Source: an uncultured Nitrospinota bacterium
Lineage (GTDB): Bacteria > Tectomicrobia > Entotheonellia > J063 > CAVPRW01
Assembly (NCBI GenBank): GCA_963707985.1
Contig: CAVPRW010000047.1
Span: 1-64,000 of the forward strand
Direction of reading: 5' to 3'
DNA: 64,000 bases
Shown here: positions 1-9,634 of the stretch, piece after piece
Numbering within the stretch: position 1 is the first letter of the stretch
Layout of the letters: each line of letters begins with the position of its first letter
Notes under the pieces: model-generated
Database searches by the model: none
What the model saw: only the letters and a program-made list of their open reading frames with translations
What the model was told of the DNA's origin: nothing
Translations under genes and position numbers: made by a program

Positions 1-1178
1 CTCCACAGAAACTGTGACTCAGGGCGTTTGACCAGCCATGCATCTTCGCCAGCCATCAAGGGTACCTCACTGGGATAGACCTGCAAGGTCATACAGGCAG
101 CGCTGGGCATGCCAAGGTCCACCCACTGTCTGACCCGTTGCAGCAGCCGGTCTTTGGCCACGGCACTGCCGTAGGCGATGAGGCCATCATCCTTCGCCAC
201 GACTAACGACTGGTGCGCCTGGTCCCACAGCCCAAAAAAGTGTTCTGCACGGGCTCGCGTCTCAGCTTTCTCGGTTTTGAAGGCGCGGAACGTCGGTTCG
301 GCGATGCCAAGGAATGAGCGGATGCCGAGTGTCCGCCACCTCAATCCCTCCTGGCCTTTGCCACCCCACCAGAAGGGCGTTCGGGAAATTTCTTGCTGCC
401 GCAGTTCGGACCACTCGGGCAGCAGTTCCAGCGGGATCGGCTCTAAACTCTTGATGGCGTACTTCCCCCGTAGCTGGACGAAACCGCAGGGTTCCGACTC
501 CAGTGACTCGAAGTGATCTGCCGTTTTGCGCAAGAGAAATAAATTGTCGCCGCCGCCTTCATTCTTCATGACGATTAATAGCAAGCCTCCATCCCGCATC
601 TGCGCATAGAAATGGTGCGGCAGATCATACGTACCGGCCGTAAAGATCGCCCGATCATACGGTGCCCCCGGCGCATAGCCCTCTCCGCCATCGGCTGCGA
701 TGATATGGACATTCGTGATCCCCAGCGCCTCCATACTACCCATGGCCATCTTGGCCACCTCTGGGATGATTTCGAGGCTGTACACCTGTCCACCAGGACT
801 GACCAGATGTCCCATCAGTGCCGCATTCCACCCACTGCCAGCGCCTAGTTCGAAGACCGCCTGCCCTGGGTGGAGTTGCAACAGGTCCAGCAGGTGCAGC
901 ACGAACGACGGTTGTGAAATCGTCGATGGGACATCGTCATCATCGTCGCCAAAGAGGATGAGCGGCGCGTTCGCGTAAAGCATGGCCAAATGCTCCGCTA
1001 AGTTCGCCTCATGCACCTCGTGCCAGGCTTTGGTCCCCCACTGGCGATAGCGTTTGACAAACACATGCCGTGGCGTGTCGAGGTAGGCGCTTGCCACCGC
1101 TTCACTGGTCGGGGTTTCAGCATAGATGGAGCGGGTGAGCTCGAGGAGTTGCCGCTGGTACTTGACGACAGATTCCAT
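1..1178 (-). CDS. Protein-L-isoaspartate O-methyltransferase-like SAM methyltransferase with long C-terminal extension (runs off the left edge)
   Basis: Manual translation from ATG at 1178: MESVVKYQRQLL...TPRHVF...STISQPSFV...VFELGAGSGWNAALMGHLV...ADGGEGYAPGAPYDRAIFTAG (PIMT motifs). No stop within the window, so absent from the ORF track. Confidence 0.85.
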   Translation of the reverse strand, partial: MESVVKYQRQLLELTRSIYAETPTSEAVASAYLDTPRHVFVKRYRQWGTKAWHEVHEANLAEHLAMLYANAPLILFGDDDDDVPSTISQPSFVLHLLDLLQLHPGQAVFELGAGSGWNAALMGHLVSPGGQVYSLEIIPEVAKMAMGSMEALGITNVHIIAADGGEGYAPGAPYDRAIFTAGTYDLPHHFYAQMRDGGLLLIVMKNEGGGDNLFLLRKTADHFESLESEPCGFVQLRGKYAIKSLEPIPLELLPEWSELRQQEISRTPFWWGGKGQEGLRWRTLGIRSFLGIAEPTFRAFKTEKAETRARAEHFFGLWDQAHQSLVVAKDDGLIAYGSAVAKDRLLQRVRQWVDLGMPSAACMTLQVYPSEVPLMAGEDAWLVKRPESQFLW

Positions 1179-1393
1179 AGTCTCTCCCGTGGGCGAACGG
1201 TCAACGTGGCGGCGCCACCCGCCAGCAGGCCCACGCCATTGTTCCAGACGCCAACGCTCCACCCGCGAGGACGGTCCCAGATCCGCTGAGAAGTTTGGGC
1301 CAAAACCGAGGGGGGGGTGAAGTGAATCTCATCGGAATACGCCCATCATTCCCCGCTAGCGCTGTGCCGCCGGGATGCACACGTTCGGCAAGG

Positions 1394-1825
1394 TCATCTT
1401 GACGACCGGGGGCCTTCTACCAGGTAGGTGGAGGAGTCCTCGACACGCCCGTGGGAGCGCACGGTCGGCCCCTGTCCCCTCAGGCAGGACGTGCGGGAGC
1501 GCTCTAGCTCTTCGCGGATGATGCGACGCAAGGTGGCTTCCAGGTCATGGCCGCAGATGTATCCTGCCAAAACCTCGTTAATCAAGGTCTGGTAGCCGCG
1601 CTCCCCAGCTTTAGCCTTAAAGTAGTCGATAATGGCCGCATCGAGAAACATGGTGATGCGCCGTTTACCCCGTTCGACTGGCACCCCACCAATCCGCATG
1701 ACGGCCCGCGCCATTTGCGCCTCGGTGACTTCTGGGATCTCGGACCGATCGATGTCATCGTCCCGCCTCACCTCAAGCTGTTCTGCATTAGCCTGTGAAA
1801 CGTCGGAAGTAGAGGATTTGTTCAC
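1394..1825 (-). CDS. brnA: BrnA-family antitoxin
   Basis: DDDIDRSEIPE...KRRITMFLDAAIIDYFKA...GYQTLINEVL; overlaps the brnT stop. C-terminal tail may be spurious. Confidence 0.85.
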   Translation of the reverse strand: MNKSSTSDVSQANAEQLEVRRDDDIDRSEIPEVTEAQMARAVMRIGGVPVERGKRRITMFLDAAIIDYFKAKAGERGYQTLINEVLAGYICGHDLEATLRRIIREELERSRTSCLRGQGPTVRSHGRVEDSSTYLVEGPRSSR

Positions 1826-2063
1826 GTTTGGTACCCTCCCGCATCGAAATCATGCGGATCTCATCGTTATGTTCCGTATGGGCGATGATCACGACCCGGC
1901 CATGCAACAGGCCGAGCGTGATAAAGCGCTGCTCCCCATAGTCGAAGCGGTCATCCTCAAAGGTGAAGGTCGCACCCTCAAAGACCGCTGAGGCATCGGC
2001 AAAATCCAGCCCATGTTGGCGTAGATTGACCTGCCGTTTGGCCTCATCCCAGGAGAATTGCAT
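1788..2063 (-). CDS. brnT: BrnT-family toxin
   Basis: MQFSWDEAKRQVNLRQHGLDFADA...DDRFDYGEQRFITLG...IRMISMR. Confidence 0.9.
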   Translation of the reverse strand: MQFSWDEAKRQVNLRQHGLDFADASAVFEGATFTFEDDRFDYGEQRFITLGLLHGRVVIIAHTEHNDEIRMISMREGTKREQILYFRRFTG

Positions 2064-2404
2064 ACCGGCAATATACACATATTTATGCAGATAAGCTAGT
2101 GAGTGCGATCTGGACTGCTAGGAGACGAGTCGGGCGATTGGTGTGGCACCTCATGGGGAACGATTGAGCGAACCCTGCGCTGTGGGCTGGGATGAGGCCC
2201 ATCGTGGTTCGTCGGCGCGTTATGCTATGCGATCCGCTGCCCCGCTACATGAGGCATATGACGCATGCATGGTCTGCATGCGATTCACTACGCCAACCCG
2301 TTTTTCAGGACATCCCACTGTGTTATACTCTTCCAGCTATGGCGGTAGGCTAGCAACCGCTGTCGCTATGGTCGCACATCCGTTCTCCAGCAGGGAGACC
2401 AACA

Positions 2405-3478
2405 ATGGAAATCTCGGGTATGAGGTGCGGGCTGAACTTTTTTCCCTCCTGTCGTCCCGAGTACAAAGCGGGCGAGGTCTATTTTCGAGAAGCGCTGGAT
2501 CTGTGTGAACTGGCTGACAGCCTGGGCTACGCCACGGTGAAAATCGTCGAGCACTATTTTCGAGCCTATGGCGGGTACAGCCCAAGTCCCCTCATCTTCC
2601 TGGCGGCCGCAGCCCAGCGTACGCACCACATTCGGCTCGTCACCGGCGCGGTACTGCCGGCGTTTAATCATCCCCTCAAATTAGCGGCTGAGCTGGCGAT
2701 GGTCGATTGCCTCAGCGGTGGACGCCTTGACGCGGGATTCGCACGCGCCTTTCTCCCCCATGAATTCGAGGCCTTTGAGGTGAGTATGGAGGAGAGTCGT
2801 CCGCGCTTCGAGGAGGGTATCGCCGCGGTCAGGCGGCTGTGGACGGAGGAGCGAGTGACCTTCGAGGGGCGCTTCCATCGGTTCAAGGATATTACCCTCT
2901 TGCCGCGTCCTGTCCAAAAGCCGCACCCGCCGATCCTGGTGGCAGCGATTTCCACGTCTGAGTCATTTATCTGGGCGGGGGAACAAGGCTATGGGCTGAT
3001 GTTCGTGCCTTACCTGAGCGACTTCGACGATCTGGCGCAGAAGATTGAGCTCTACCGCCGCACCTATCGGGCCGCGACGAACGGTCAGGAGCCGCCTCCC
3101 CCGTCCATGGCGCTGCATCTGTACATGACAGAGTCAACCGCGAGCGCCAGGCGTGAAGCCCAGCCCTATATCGAGCAGTACATGGCGATCTTTCAGGAGA
3201 GTGCCGCGGCCTGGACTGGGCGGCAGTCGAGCCAATACCGTGGGTATGAGCTGATGCAGGAACGCCTGCAGGCGTTGACCTACGACCGCGTGTTAGCCGA
3301 GGGGCGGGCGCTCATCGGGGACCCTGGCGCGGTGCTCGATCAACTGCGTCAGCTGCGTCAACTGTTCGGGCCCATCCAGCCAGAGATGCAGGTCATGTTT
3401 GGGGACATGGATGCTGCCCAAGCTCGCCGCAGTGTGGAGTTGTTCGGGCGGGAGGTGCTCCCGGCCGTCGCTGCGTGA
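2405..3478 (+). CDS. LLM-class flavin-dependent oxidoreductase (luciferase-like)
   Basis: VEHYF..YGGYSPSP, HPLKLAAELAMVDCLSGGRLDAGFAR, PRPVQKPHPPI; GGGAG RBS. Confidence 0.92.
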   Translation: MEISGMRCGLNFFPSCRPEYKAGEVYFREALDLCELADSLGYATVKIVEHYFRAYGGYSPSPLIFLAAAAQRTHHIRLVTGAVLPAFNHPLKLAAELAMVDCLSGGRLDAGFARAFLPHEFEAFEVSMEESRPRFEEGIAAVRRLWTEERVTFEGRFHRFKDITLLPRPVQKPHPPILVAAISTSESFIWAGEQGYGLMFVPYLSDFDDLAQKIELYRRTYRAATNGQEPPPPSMALHLYMTESTASARREAQPYIEQYMAIFQESAAAWTGRQSSQYRGYELMQERLQALTYDRVLAEGRALIGDPGAVLDQLRQLRQLFGPIQPEMQVMFGDMDAAQARRSVELFGREVLPAVAA

Positions 3479-3514
3479 CGATCTCGCCTGAAACTCATCA
3501 AGGGGAGGGAATCC

Positions 3515-3812
3515 GTGAGAAAAGTCACCGTCACACTGCCTGGCTGGATCGGTACAGAGGAGGCTCAGGAGGAAGTGGTGCGGAACTTGCGGGCTCATGC
3601 TCTCCTTAAGATGGAATTCTACCGTAGTAAAATGAAGCTCTTTGAAGCCAAGTATGGCACCACCTTCACCCGCTTTCAGCGGCGGGTGACCAACGAGTGC
3701 TCAGGAGGATTTCACGGCCTGGGATGACCTCATGGAGTGGGAAGCCTGCTATCGCGCCTACCAGGAGTGGAAGAAACGCCACACTGAGCTGCGGCGATGG
3801 TCGGGCACATAG
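3515..3812 (+). CDS. Small putative antitoxin partner of the DUF6516 protein (one frameshift near 3697)
   Basis: FEAKYGTTFTRF then, in another frame, EDFTAWDDLMEWEACYRAYQEW; overlaps the downstream gene. Confidence 0.6.
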
Positions 3813-4069
3813 TCAGTGCTCTGCGGCACAGCCCTCTCGTGAAGGATTTGGAGGTCACGGAGCTGGTCGAAGAAGACAGCGTCCAGTTTCTGCGAGCCAA
3901 AGCTGAGATGCTCGATGGCAGCTTGCTGTATGTGAGAGAGTTATTCTTTCGTGACCAGAGCAAATATTCTTATCACTGGCAGACCCAGACAGGAGCGCTG
4001 CTGTTACGCTGGGACAACGCTCCACATCATCCTGAGATGCCGACGTTTCCGCACCACTTGGAAGCATGA
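3797..4069 (+). CDS. DUF6516 (TumE-like) family putative toxin
   Basis: KYSYHWQ...LLRWDNAPHHPEMPTFPHH signature. Confidence 0.75.
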   Translation: MVGHIVSALRHSPLVKDLEVTELVEEDSVQFLRAKAEMLDGSLLYVRELFFRDQSKYSYHWQTQTGALLLRWDNAPHHPEMPTFPHHLEA

Positions 4070-4117
4070 AGCGGGAACACGTCAGCCCCTCTGTGCGCGT
4101 GACGGTCAGAAGAGACA

Positions 4118-4413
4118 GTGCACGTTACCACCCGGCAGCGGCTGCAGGCGTTTTGGCAGACCCATCCCGATGCGGAACGCCCATTGAAAGCCTGGCTGGC
4201 GATGGTCCGGTTGAAGCGCTATAGCAGCCCTCTGCAGTCCGCGAGGATTTTGCCTCGGCACGCTTCCTTGGGAAGTGGCGGACGGTGTTTAATATTGGGG
4301 GCAACAAATACCGGCTGGTCGTCGATATACGCTATGATCTAGGCCGCACCTACATTCGCCATGTGCTGACCCATGAGGAATATATGCGCCGGACCCAGGA
4401 CGGCAGTTTGTAA
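4118..4413 (+). CDS. higB: HigB toxin (frameshift near 4230)
   Basis: MHVTTRQRLQAFWQTHPDAERPLKAW + RTVFNIGGNKYRLVVDIRY...IRHVLTHEEY. Confidence 0.85.
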
Positions 4414-4455
4414 GGCGCGGCCACGCCCACAGATATCGCAGAAGGTGAACATCTC

Positions 4456-4875
4456 ATGGCTGAGCTTCTCGACTTTACGAAACCCCACGTCTTACGCAAC
4501 GAGGCGGAATACACGGCGGCCGTGGCGGAGATTGACCAGCTCCTCGACCTCGACCCGCCACCCCATTCAGAGGCCTACGAGCGGTTGGAATTTCTCTCGG
4601 TGTTAGTGCACGCCTATGAAGAGACGCATTTTCCCTTGGAGCAGCCTACCACCCCACAAGACGTTGTGACATTCATGTTAGAGCAGAAAGGCCTGTCGCA
4701 GACAGACTTGGCCGAATGGCTGGGGGGAGAAAGCCCGATGCTGGCCTTTTTACAGGGAACCTGCAGTCTGTCACTTCCGCAAATTGCGCAACTGCGAGAG
4801 CACTTGGGCATCCCAGCGGATCTCCTCATCAGTCCTGGCACAGGCCCTAACCAGGGCCACGAGCCGACGCGCTGA
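4456..4875 (+). CDS. higA: HigA HTH antitoxin
   Basis: RNEAEYTAAVAEIDQL...LEFLSVLVHAYEETHFP...FMLEQKGLSQTDLA. Confidence 0.88.
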   Translation: MAELLDFTKPHVLRNEAEYTAAVAEIDQLLDLDPPPHSEAYERLEFLSVLVHAYEETHFPLEQPTTPQDVVTFMLEQKGLSQTDLAEWLGGESPMLAFLQGTCSLSLPQIAQLREHLGIPADLLISPGTGPNQGHEPTR

Positions 4876-4903
4876 AGCGTGCGGCCCATGCCTGGCATTG
4901 ATA
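4845..4903 (+). other. Degenerate attC-like integron recombination site
   Basis: CCCTAAC-CAGGG-CCACGAGC-CGACGCG-CTGAAG-CGTGCG-GCCCATG-CCTGG-CATTG; closely similar to the attC at 41531-41584, right core decayed. Confidence 0.6.
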
Positions 4904-5265
4904 TGACTTTCGATGTCAAGAGTTGGGCGCCATTGGTTGCGGTCTTCATCATGTTTTGCGCCCTTTGTCCATCCGTCAGCGGCGGAGCCAGTCAGCAGCG
5001 ACGGTTACCCCGGCTGATCTCCGTGGGGTGCTTCCCCCCTGACGGGCCTCCGTCGAGTGCCTGCCGCCCTCGAGGCCCGAGGCTGCCCGAGGGGCCTCTG
5101 AACGCCGTCGTGGGGCGCACCAAGACCAGGGCTGCGGGGAGCACTCGGCAGGAACCTCGCAGTGCTGCGCGTTCTCCGCTGGCCCGTGCAAGATCGGGCG
5201 CTCTAGGGCACCCGCAGCTGCGCGACAGGGGGATGGTGGGCGCCCTCGAGCGGCTTCGTCCTCTA

Positions 5266-5720
5266 CTACTGGTCGAACGTAATACGCGTTAGGACGACCG
5301 TGCCGGTGACCGTCGCCTGCAGGGCGGTCGTATCGAAGACGGTCGTGAACGGCCCCGTCGCGGTGTCGCCGTCCTTATCCACTGTGACGGTCGAGGTCAC
5401 GGTGACCGTCCCCTCCCCGAATGCGCTACTCATCGAGACAAGGTGGATAAACTTGACGGCGAACTGCCGTGAGCCGGTCTTGGTCCAGATCCCATGAGCG
5501 GTCCCGAGCTCGGGGGCCGTGTTCAGCACGAGGCCATCCGAGGTGTTCGTCGCGATGTTCCTGAACGGCGGCGGGCCGGCGGATCGGGCATCACGTCGAC
5601 GATCCAGGACCCGACGAGGCTCTTCTGACCCGCGGTCACGTCCATCGGCGTCAGAGCGCCGAGGAGAACGGTTGCTACCAGCAAGATGATTGCTACGGTT
5701 GGCCTGATCCTCATTTTCAT
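5266..5720 (-). CDS. Secreted beta-rich hypothetical protein (frameshift near 5580)
   Basis: Signal peptide MKMRIRPTVAIILLVATVLLGA, LVGSWIVDV, then AHGIWTKTGSRQFAVKF...GTVVLTRITFDQ in a second frame. Confidence 0.7.
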
Positions 5721-5921
5721 GATAGGTTCCTCATGAGGTTCCGGATTGTGCGTCATTTACAGCGACTAATACGTGCCTTCTTCCGTTTCTCCTGCCCAGC
5801 ACCTCCTTCCATACAGTCACTCTGGCGCTGCTGCGGGGAAATCTGTGGTCTCTCCAGATGCCCTATGTGACGAGTTCCCGGTACTTTACATCCATAGCGT
5901 GGCCGCATCCGCCTCATCTTG

Positions 5922-5936
5922 GCAAGAGGTGTGCCG
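5922..5936 (-). promoter_or_regulatory. Sigma54 -24/-12 promoter
   Basis: Minus strand CGGCAC-ACCTC-TTGC, ~200 bp upstream of the secreted gene. Confidence 0.7.
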
Positions 5937-6022
5937 CCGCTGGCGTGGTAGCTCGGCGTGGCGTGTGGGCGCGGGTTCGCGCTTGTGAGCGGGAGGGGAA
6001 TGCGCTACGATGCGGCCGTGTG

Positions 6023-6094
6023 TTCAGCCATTTTCAGCCGTTTTTCAGCCACTTTTCAGCCGATTTCAGCCGTTGCCGGCCACCGGTCTCAGCC
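6023..6094. repeat. TTCAGCC direct-repeat array (copy A), candidate enhancer
   Basis: Exact TTCAGCC at 6023, 6033, 6044, 6055, 6065; variant CTCAGCC at 6088. Confidence 0.8.
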
Positions 6095-6134
6095 ACTCAC
6101 GATCGCCTAGCCAGGCCTCATCCCGGAGGTGCCC

Positions 6135-6435
6135 ATGGCTCGTGCTCGCCCGTTGTCCCCCCTCGACCCCCTCGACCGTCTGGTCGGGGCAGCGGCCGCG
6201 CTCCAGACCCGACGTGCCCACATGCGCCAGAGCCTGACGACTTTTCAGGCTGCAGGGGGAGGCGGGGCTCCAGCCATGAGCTCTGGCTTTGATGGCCGAG
6301 ATGTATGATCGCGTGAGACAGGTCTCAGCGCGATTAAGTACCCTGGACGCGGCACTGGCACTGGCTCGGAAACCAGGGTCTCGTGACGACGAGGCGGGGC
6401 TGTATCGGGTCAAGGGGACGTTATGGCTCGTGCGT
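6135..6435 (+). pseudogene. Collapsed remnant of a sigma54 activator/AAA-TPR gene
   Basis: 5' end matches 12679 onward (ATGGCTCGTGCTCGCCCG...CCCCTCGACCGTCT); followed by a TPR-like piece LDAALALARKPGSRDDEAGLYRVKG. Confidence 0.65.
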
Positions 6436-6546
6436 GCTGGCCCAGTGAGAACGAAGCGATAACCACAGGCATTATAGCTCTATCTCCTTTGCACGAAAGC
6501 CACATATTCAAGCCTGACCCTATCCCCCCGACCAAGCCTTGTCCAA

Positions 6547-6788
6547 TTCCCGATGTGACGGAAGTCGAAGAGGCGCTTACGCAAGGGGAGATCTTGGAGG
6601 CATACCCTCATGACCCGCGTGGCGAGAGCTGTCTGATGTTAGGGTATGCCGGTATAAAGCCGATTCATGCTGTGCTCGGGTGGGTGAAGGTCAGAGGGAC
6701 GGAGAAGCGTATTCTCCGAATCATTACAGTCTATATACCACAGCCACCCAAGTGGAGCGATCCACGGACGAGAGGAGGAAGGCGATGA
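6547..6788 (+). CDS. DUF4258 family putative toxin, probably 5'-truncated
   Basis: EVEEALTQGEILEAYPHDPRGESCLMLG...PIHAV...IITVYIPQPPKWSDPRTR. Confidence 0.7.
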
Positions 6789-7030
6789 CAGACTTTGGCG
6801 ATTGCACGTTTTGTGGCGGCGAGGTCGAGGAAACAAGAATCGAGTATGATTACCGGCGCAGGGGACAGCTTCTAGTCATCAGTAACGTATCAGCAGGAGT
6901 GTGTCGGCAGTGTGGAGAGACATACTTCAAGCCGGACGTGCTGAAGAAGATGGATGAAGCCTACCACGGCATCTTTGACTGTCATCAAGAGCCCGAGCGA
7001 GTGCTGGCGATTCCAGCGGTCTCGCTTTAG
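6785..7030 (+). CDS. YgiT-type zinc finger protein (MqsA-like antitoxin)
   Basis: CTFCGG...ISNVSAGVCRQCGETYF; ATGA overlap with DUF4258. Confidence 0.8.
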   Translation: MTDFGDCTFCGGEVEETRIEYDYRRRGQLLVISNVSAGVCRQCGETYFKPDVLKKMDEAYHGIFDCHQEPERVLAIPAVSL

Positions 7031-7194
7031 GACACACCAGCTCGATCCCCACGTCAAAGCTCAGGCACCTTGACCTGCGATCGACTCGGGAGCCATGACC
7101 TCGTAGCTTCTCGCACACCTTCGCATTGACGCCCCCTACAAGGATAAGGCTATATAGCGTAGGGTGCGTTCCACGTACCGACATCCGCTCTTGT

Positions 7195-7300
7195 TTGCCT
7201 TGGAAGATCCCTACCCCCAGTCCGCTCTCGTCGCCGGGGAAAGGGAAGCCGTTGCCTATCGACACAATGTCTGTGAAGACCAAATCTCCCGGGTTATCGA
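7195..7300 (-). pseudogene. Fragment paralogous to the beta-propeller gene at 10824-12259
   Basis: LDNPGDLVFTDIVSIGNGFPFPGDESGLGVGIF vs LNNRGDLVFAGTVLTDEGIPFPEQLGLGVGLF. Confidence 0.6.
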
Positions 7301-7386
7301 GCTTGGCAGCGAAGTGTGCTCCAGAGCGCCCCCAGTTGCGCGACTGGGAGATAGCCGTTGCCCCGGAGCGGCTCCGTCCTCTACTA

Positions 7387-8269
7387 GGTAGTGTACCAAA
7401 CTTGTTGAAATTTTTGAGTGAGTTTGCTATCTTCCCCCGCCTGAGATCGGTGCCTTGAACGGTGTTTTTGTCCCTTTATTCCTATGAGAAAGATCATGTA
7501 TGATGTTCACACCTGTGGGTTGTCCGACGTGTCAGAGCACTGATGTGGTCAAATATGGCAAAACTCCTGATGGAAAACAGCGTTTCCATTGTCGAAATCT
7601 GGCCTGTCAGCGACAAACATTTCTGCTGGAATATACCAATAAGGGGTTTTTACCGGAAGTCAAAACCCAGATTGTCGATATGGCACTGAACGGAAGTGGC
7701 ATTCGCGATACCGCACGTGTGTTGAACGTGAGTCCGACGACCGTGATTAACACATTAAAAAAAAGGAACCAGAGCTCCAATATGTGAATGAGGCGATCGT
7801 AGGGAACCTCACGCCACAAGAGGTGAACGTCGTCATCCAGCCAGTCAACGAGGCTGAGATGGATGAGATGTGGAGTTATGTGGGTGATAAAGGTCATCAA
7901 CGGTGGTTGTGGCATGCGATTGACCATCACAGTGGCACGATCCTCGCGTATGTATTGGGAACGCATACAGATACCGTGTTCGTCAAACTGAAGCAGCTTT
8001 AGCGCCATTTGGTATTACGCGTTTTTATACTGATGATTGGGGTACCTACCAGAGAAATCTCCTCCCTCAGCATCATGTGATTGGGAAAGCAAATACACAG
8101 AAGATTGAAAGAAAACATCTGACGCTGAGAACACGGATCAAACGTTTAACCCGAAAGACCATTTGCTTTTCTAAGTCAATTCGGATGCATGATATCGTGA
8201 TTGGATTATTCGTGAACCGATATGAATTTGGTCTGCAGATTTAGTATACAACAATTTTGGAACACTACC
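7387..8269 (+). mobile_element. IS1-family insertion sequence, 883 bp, with 8-bp target duplication
   Basis: IRs GGTAGTGTACCAAACTTGTTG / reverse complement GGTAGTGTTCCAAAATTGTTG; TSD CTCTACTA at 7379-7386 and 8270-8277. Confidence 0.95.
7500..8244 (+). CDS. IS1 transposase InsA/InsB (-1 frameshift at A8 run ~7757; extra frameshift ~8000)
   Basis: CPTCQSTDVVKYG zinc ribbon, GSGIRDTARVL HTH, EMDEMWSYVG, YTDDWG, IERKHLTLRTRIKRL. Confidence 0.9.
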
Positions 8270-8274
8270 CTCTA

Positions 8275-8366
8275 CTACTGGTCGAAGGTGATCCGCGTGA
8301 GGACGACCGTGCCAGTGACGGTCGCCTGTAGGGCGGTCGTATCGAAGACGGTCGTGAACGGCCCTG
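8275..8366 (-). pseudogene. Duplicate 3' end of the secreted gene at 5266-5720
   Basis: Near-identical to 5266-5357 (GPFTTVFDTTALQATVTGTVVLTRITFDQ*); downstream homology continues left of IS1 at ~7320-7386. Confidence 0.8.
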
Positions 8367-8414
8367 TCCCGGGGAATACGCTATGCTGCAGCCGGTTTCA
8401 GCCACGTGCCGATG

Positions 8415-8510
8415 CGGCGGCGACCCCCGACACATTGCTGGGGGCCGAGCTGTTCAGCGTCGCGGCGGGGACCTTCAGCGACGTCAAACGCGCCAAGCCG
8501 GGCCTGCTTT
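8415..8510 (+). pseudogene. Fragment of sigma54 activator AAA+ domain
   Basis: PDTLLGAELFSVAAGTFSDVKRAKPGLL vs PETLLEAELFGVEAGAFTDAKRAKPGLF at ~12930. Confidence 0.7.
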
Positions 8511-8686
8511 ATGTTGGTCTTGTGGTGCGACAGAATTTGCGGGCTTACAGGTATAGCATGTGTGCACGAGCGTCACAGCAGCCCACAGAAGGGACATCTT
8601 TGCTAAGGATGTTTTATCTGAGTCTCACGATGTCATAGACTATGATGTATACTTTTTCCCATCATTTGACGCAGGAGACACTCGAA

Positions 8687-8842
8687 ATGCCCTTGCGCAA
8701 AGTCCAGGAAATTCTATCAAGTCAGCTTGCCAGCACGGCTGAGCAGAAGAAATTTGGCATCGCTGAAGGCGATTATGTCGAGATGGAGGAGTCCGCTTCA
8801 CCTTTGTCATTGACCCAGACATCTATATCCTCCGGCGTGTAG
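8687..8842 (+). pseudogene. AbrB/MazE-like antitoxin remnant
   Basis: MPLRKVQE...KKFGIAEGDYVEMEE; AGGAG RBS. Confidence 0.4.
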
Positions 8843-8929
8843 GCCCCCCTGCGGAGGCCCTCCGTAAGCCTTGACTATAGGGGTTTCGTGCAGATCTCCG
8901 GAGATATACTCTTGACCAAAAGGCACACA

Positions 8930-9320
8930 ACGCTCGACTGGCACTCCACCGATCCCCATGATAGCCCGCGCCATGTGTGCCTCGGTAACCTCTGGAATCT
9001 CGGACCGAGCGATGTCATCATCCTGCCTCACTTCAAGGCGTTCTGCATTCGCCTGTGAAACGTCGGAAGAGGAGGTGTTCACGAGTGGTGCCCTCCCACA
9101 CCGAAATCATGCGGATCTCATCGTGATGTTTCGTAGAGGTGATGATCACGACCCGGCCATGTAGCAGGCCAAGCGTGATCCAACACGGCTCCCCATCGTC
9201 GACGCGGTCATCCTCGCAGGTGAAAAGCGTCCCCACAAAGGTCGCTGCGGCATCGGCAATGTGCCACCCATGTTGGCGGAGATGGACCTACCGTTTAGCC
9301 TCATCCCAGGAGAATCGCGT
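8930..9320 (-). pseudogene. Degenerate second brnT/brnA copy
   Basis: Homologous to 1670-2063; start ATG changed to ACG, early TAG, brnA truncated after GGVPVER. Confidence 0.85.
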
Positions 9321-9634
9321 AGCGGCAAGATACACATATTTATGCAGATACGCGAGTGAGTGCGATTTGGACAGCCATGAGACGCGTCGAGCGATTGGAA
9401 TGGGGAAGCCGTGGGGAGCGATTGAGCGAACCCTGCGCTGTGGGCTGCGATGACGCCCAACGTGGTTCGTCAGCGCGTTGTATTCTGCTGTCGGCTGCCC
9501 CGCTACATGAGACATATGATGCACGCCTGGTCTGCATGCGATTCACTATGCCGGCCTGTATTCCAGGGCATCCGACTGTGTTATATTCTCGGTAACCATA
9601 ACAGACGAGGAGTGCATTCAGGAGAAGCCATACT

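Noticed and set aside
6023..6094. TTCAGCC array as CRISPR or plasmid iterons
   Set aside because: Units are 7 bp with 3-4 bp spacers; no cas or rep gene; position fits an enhancer better
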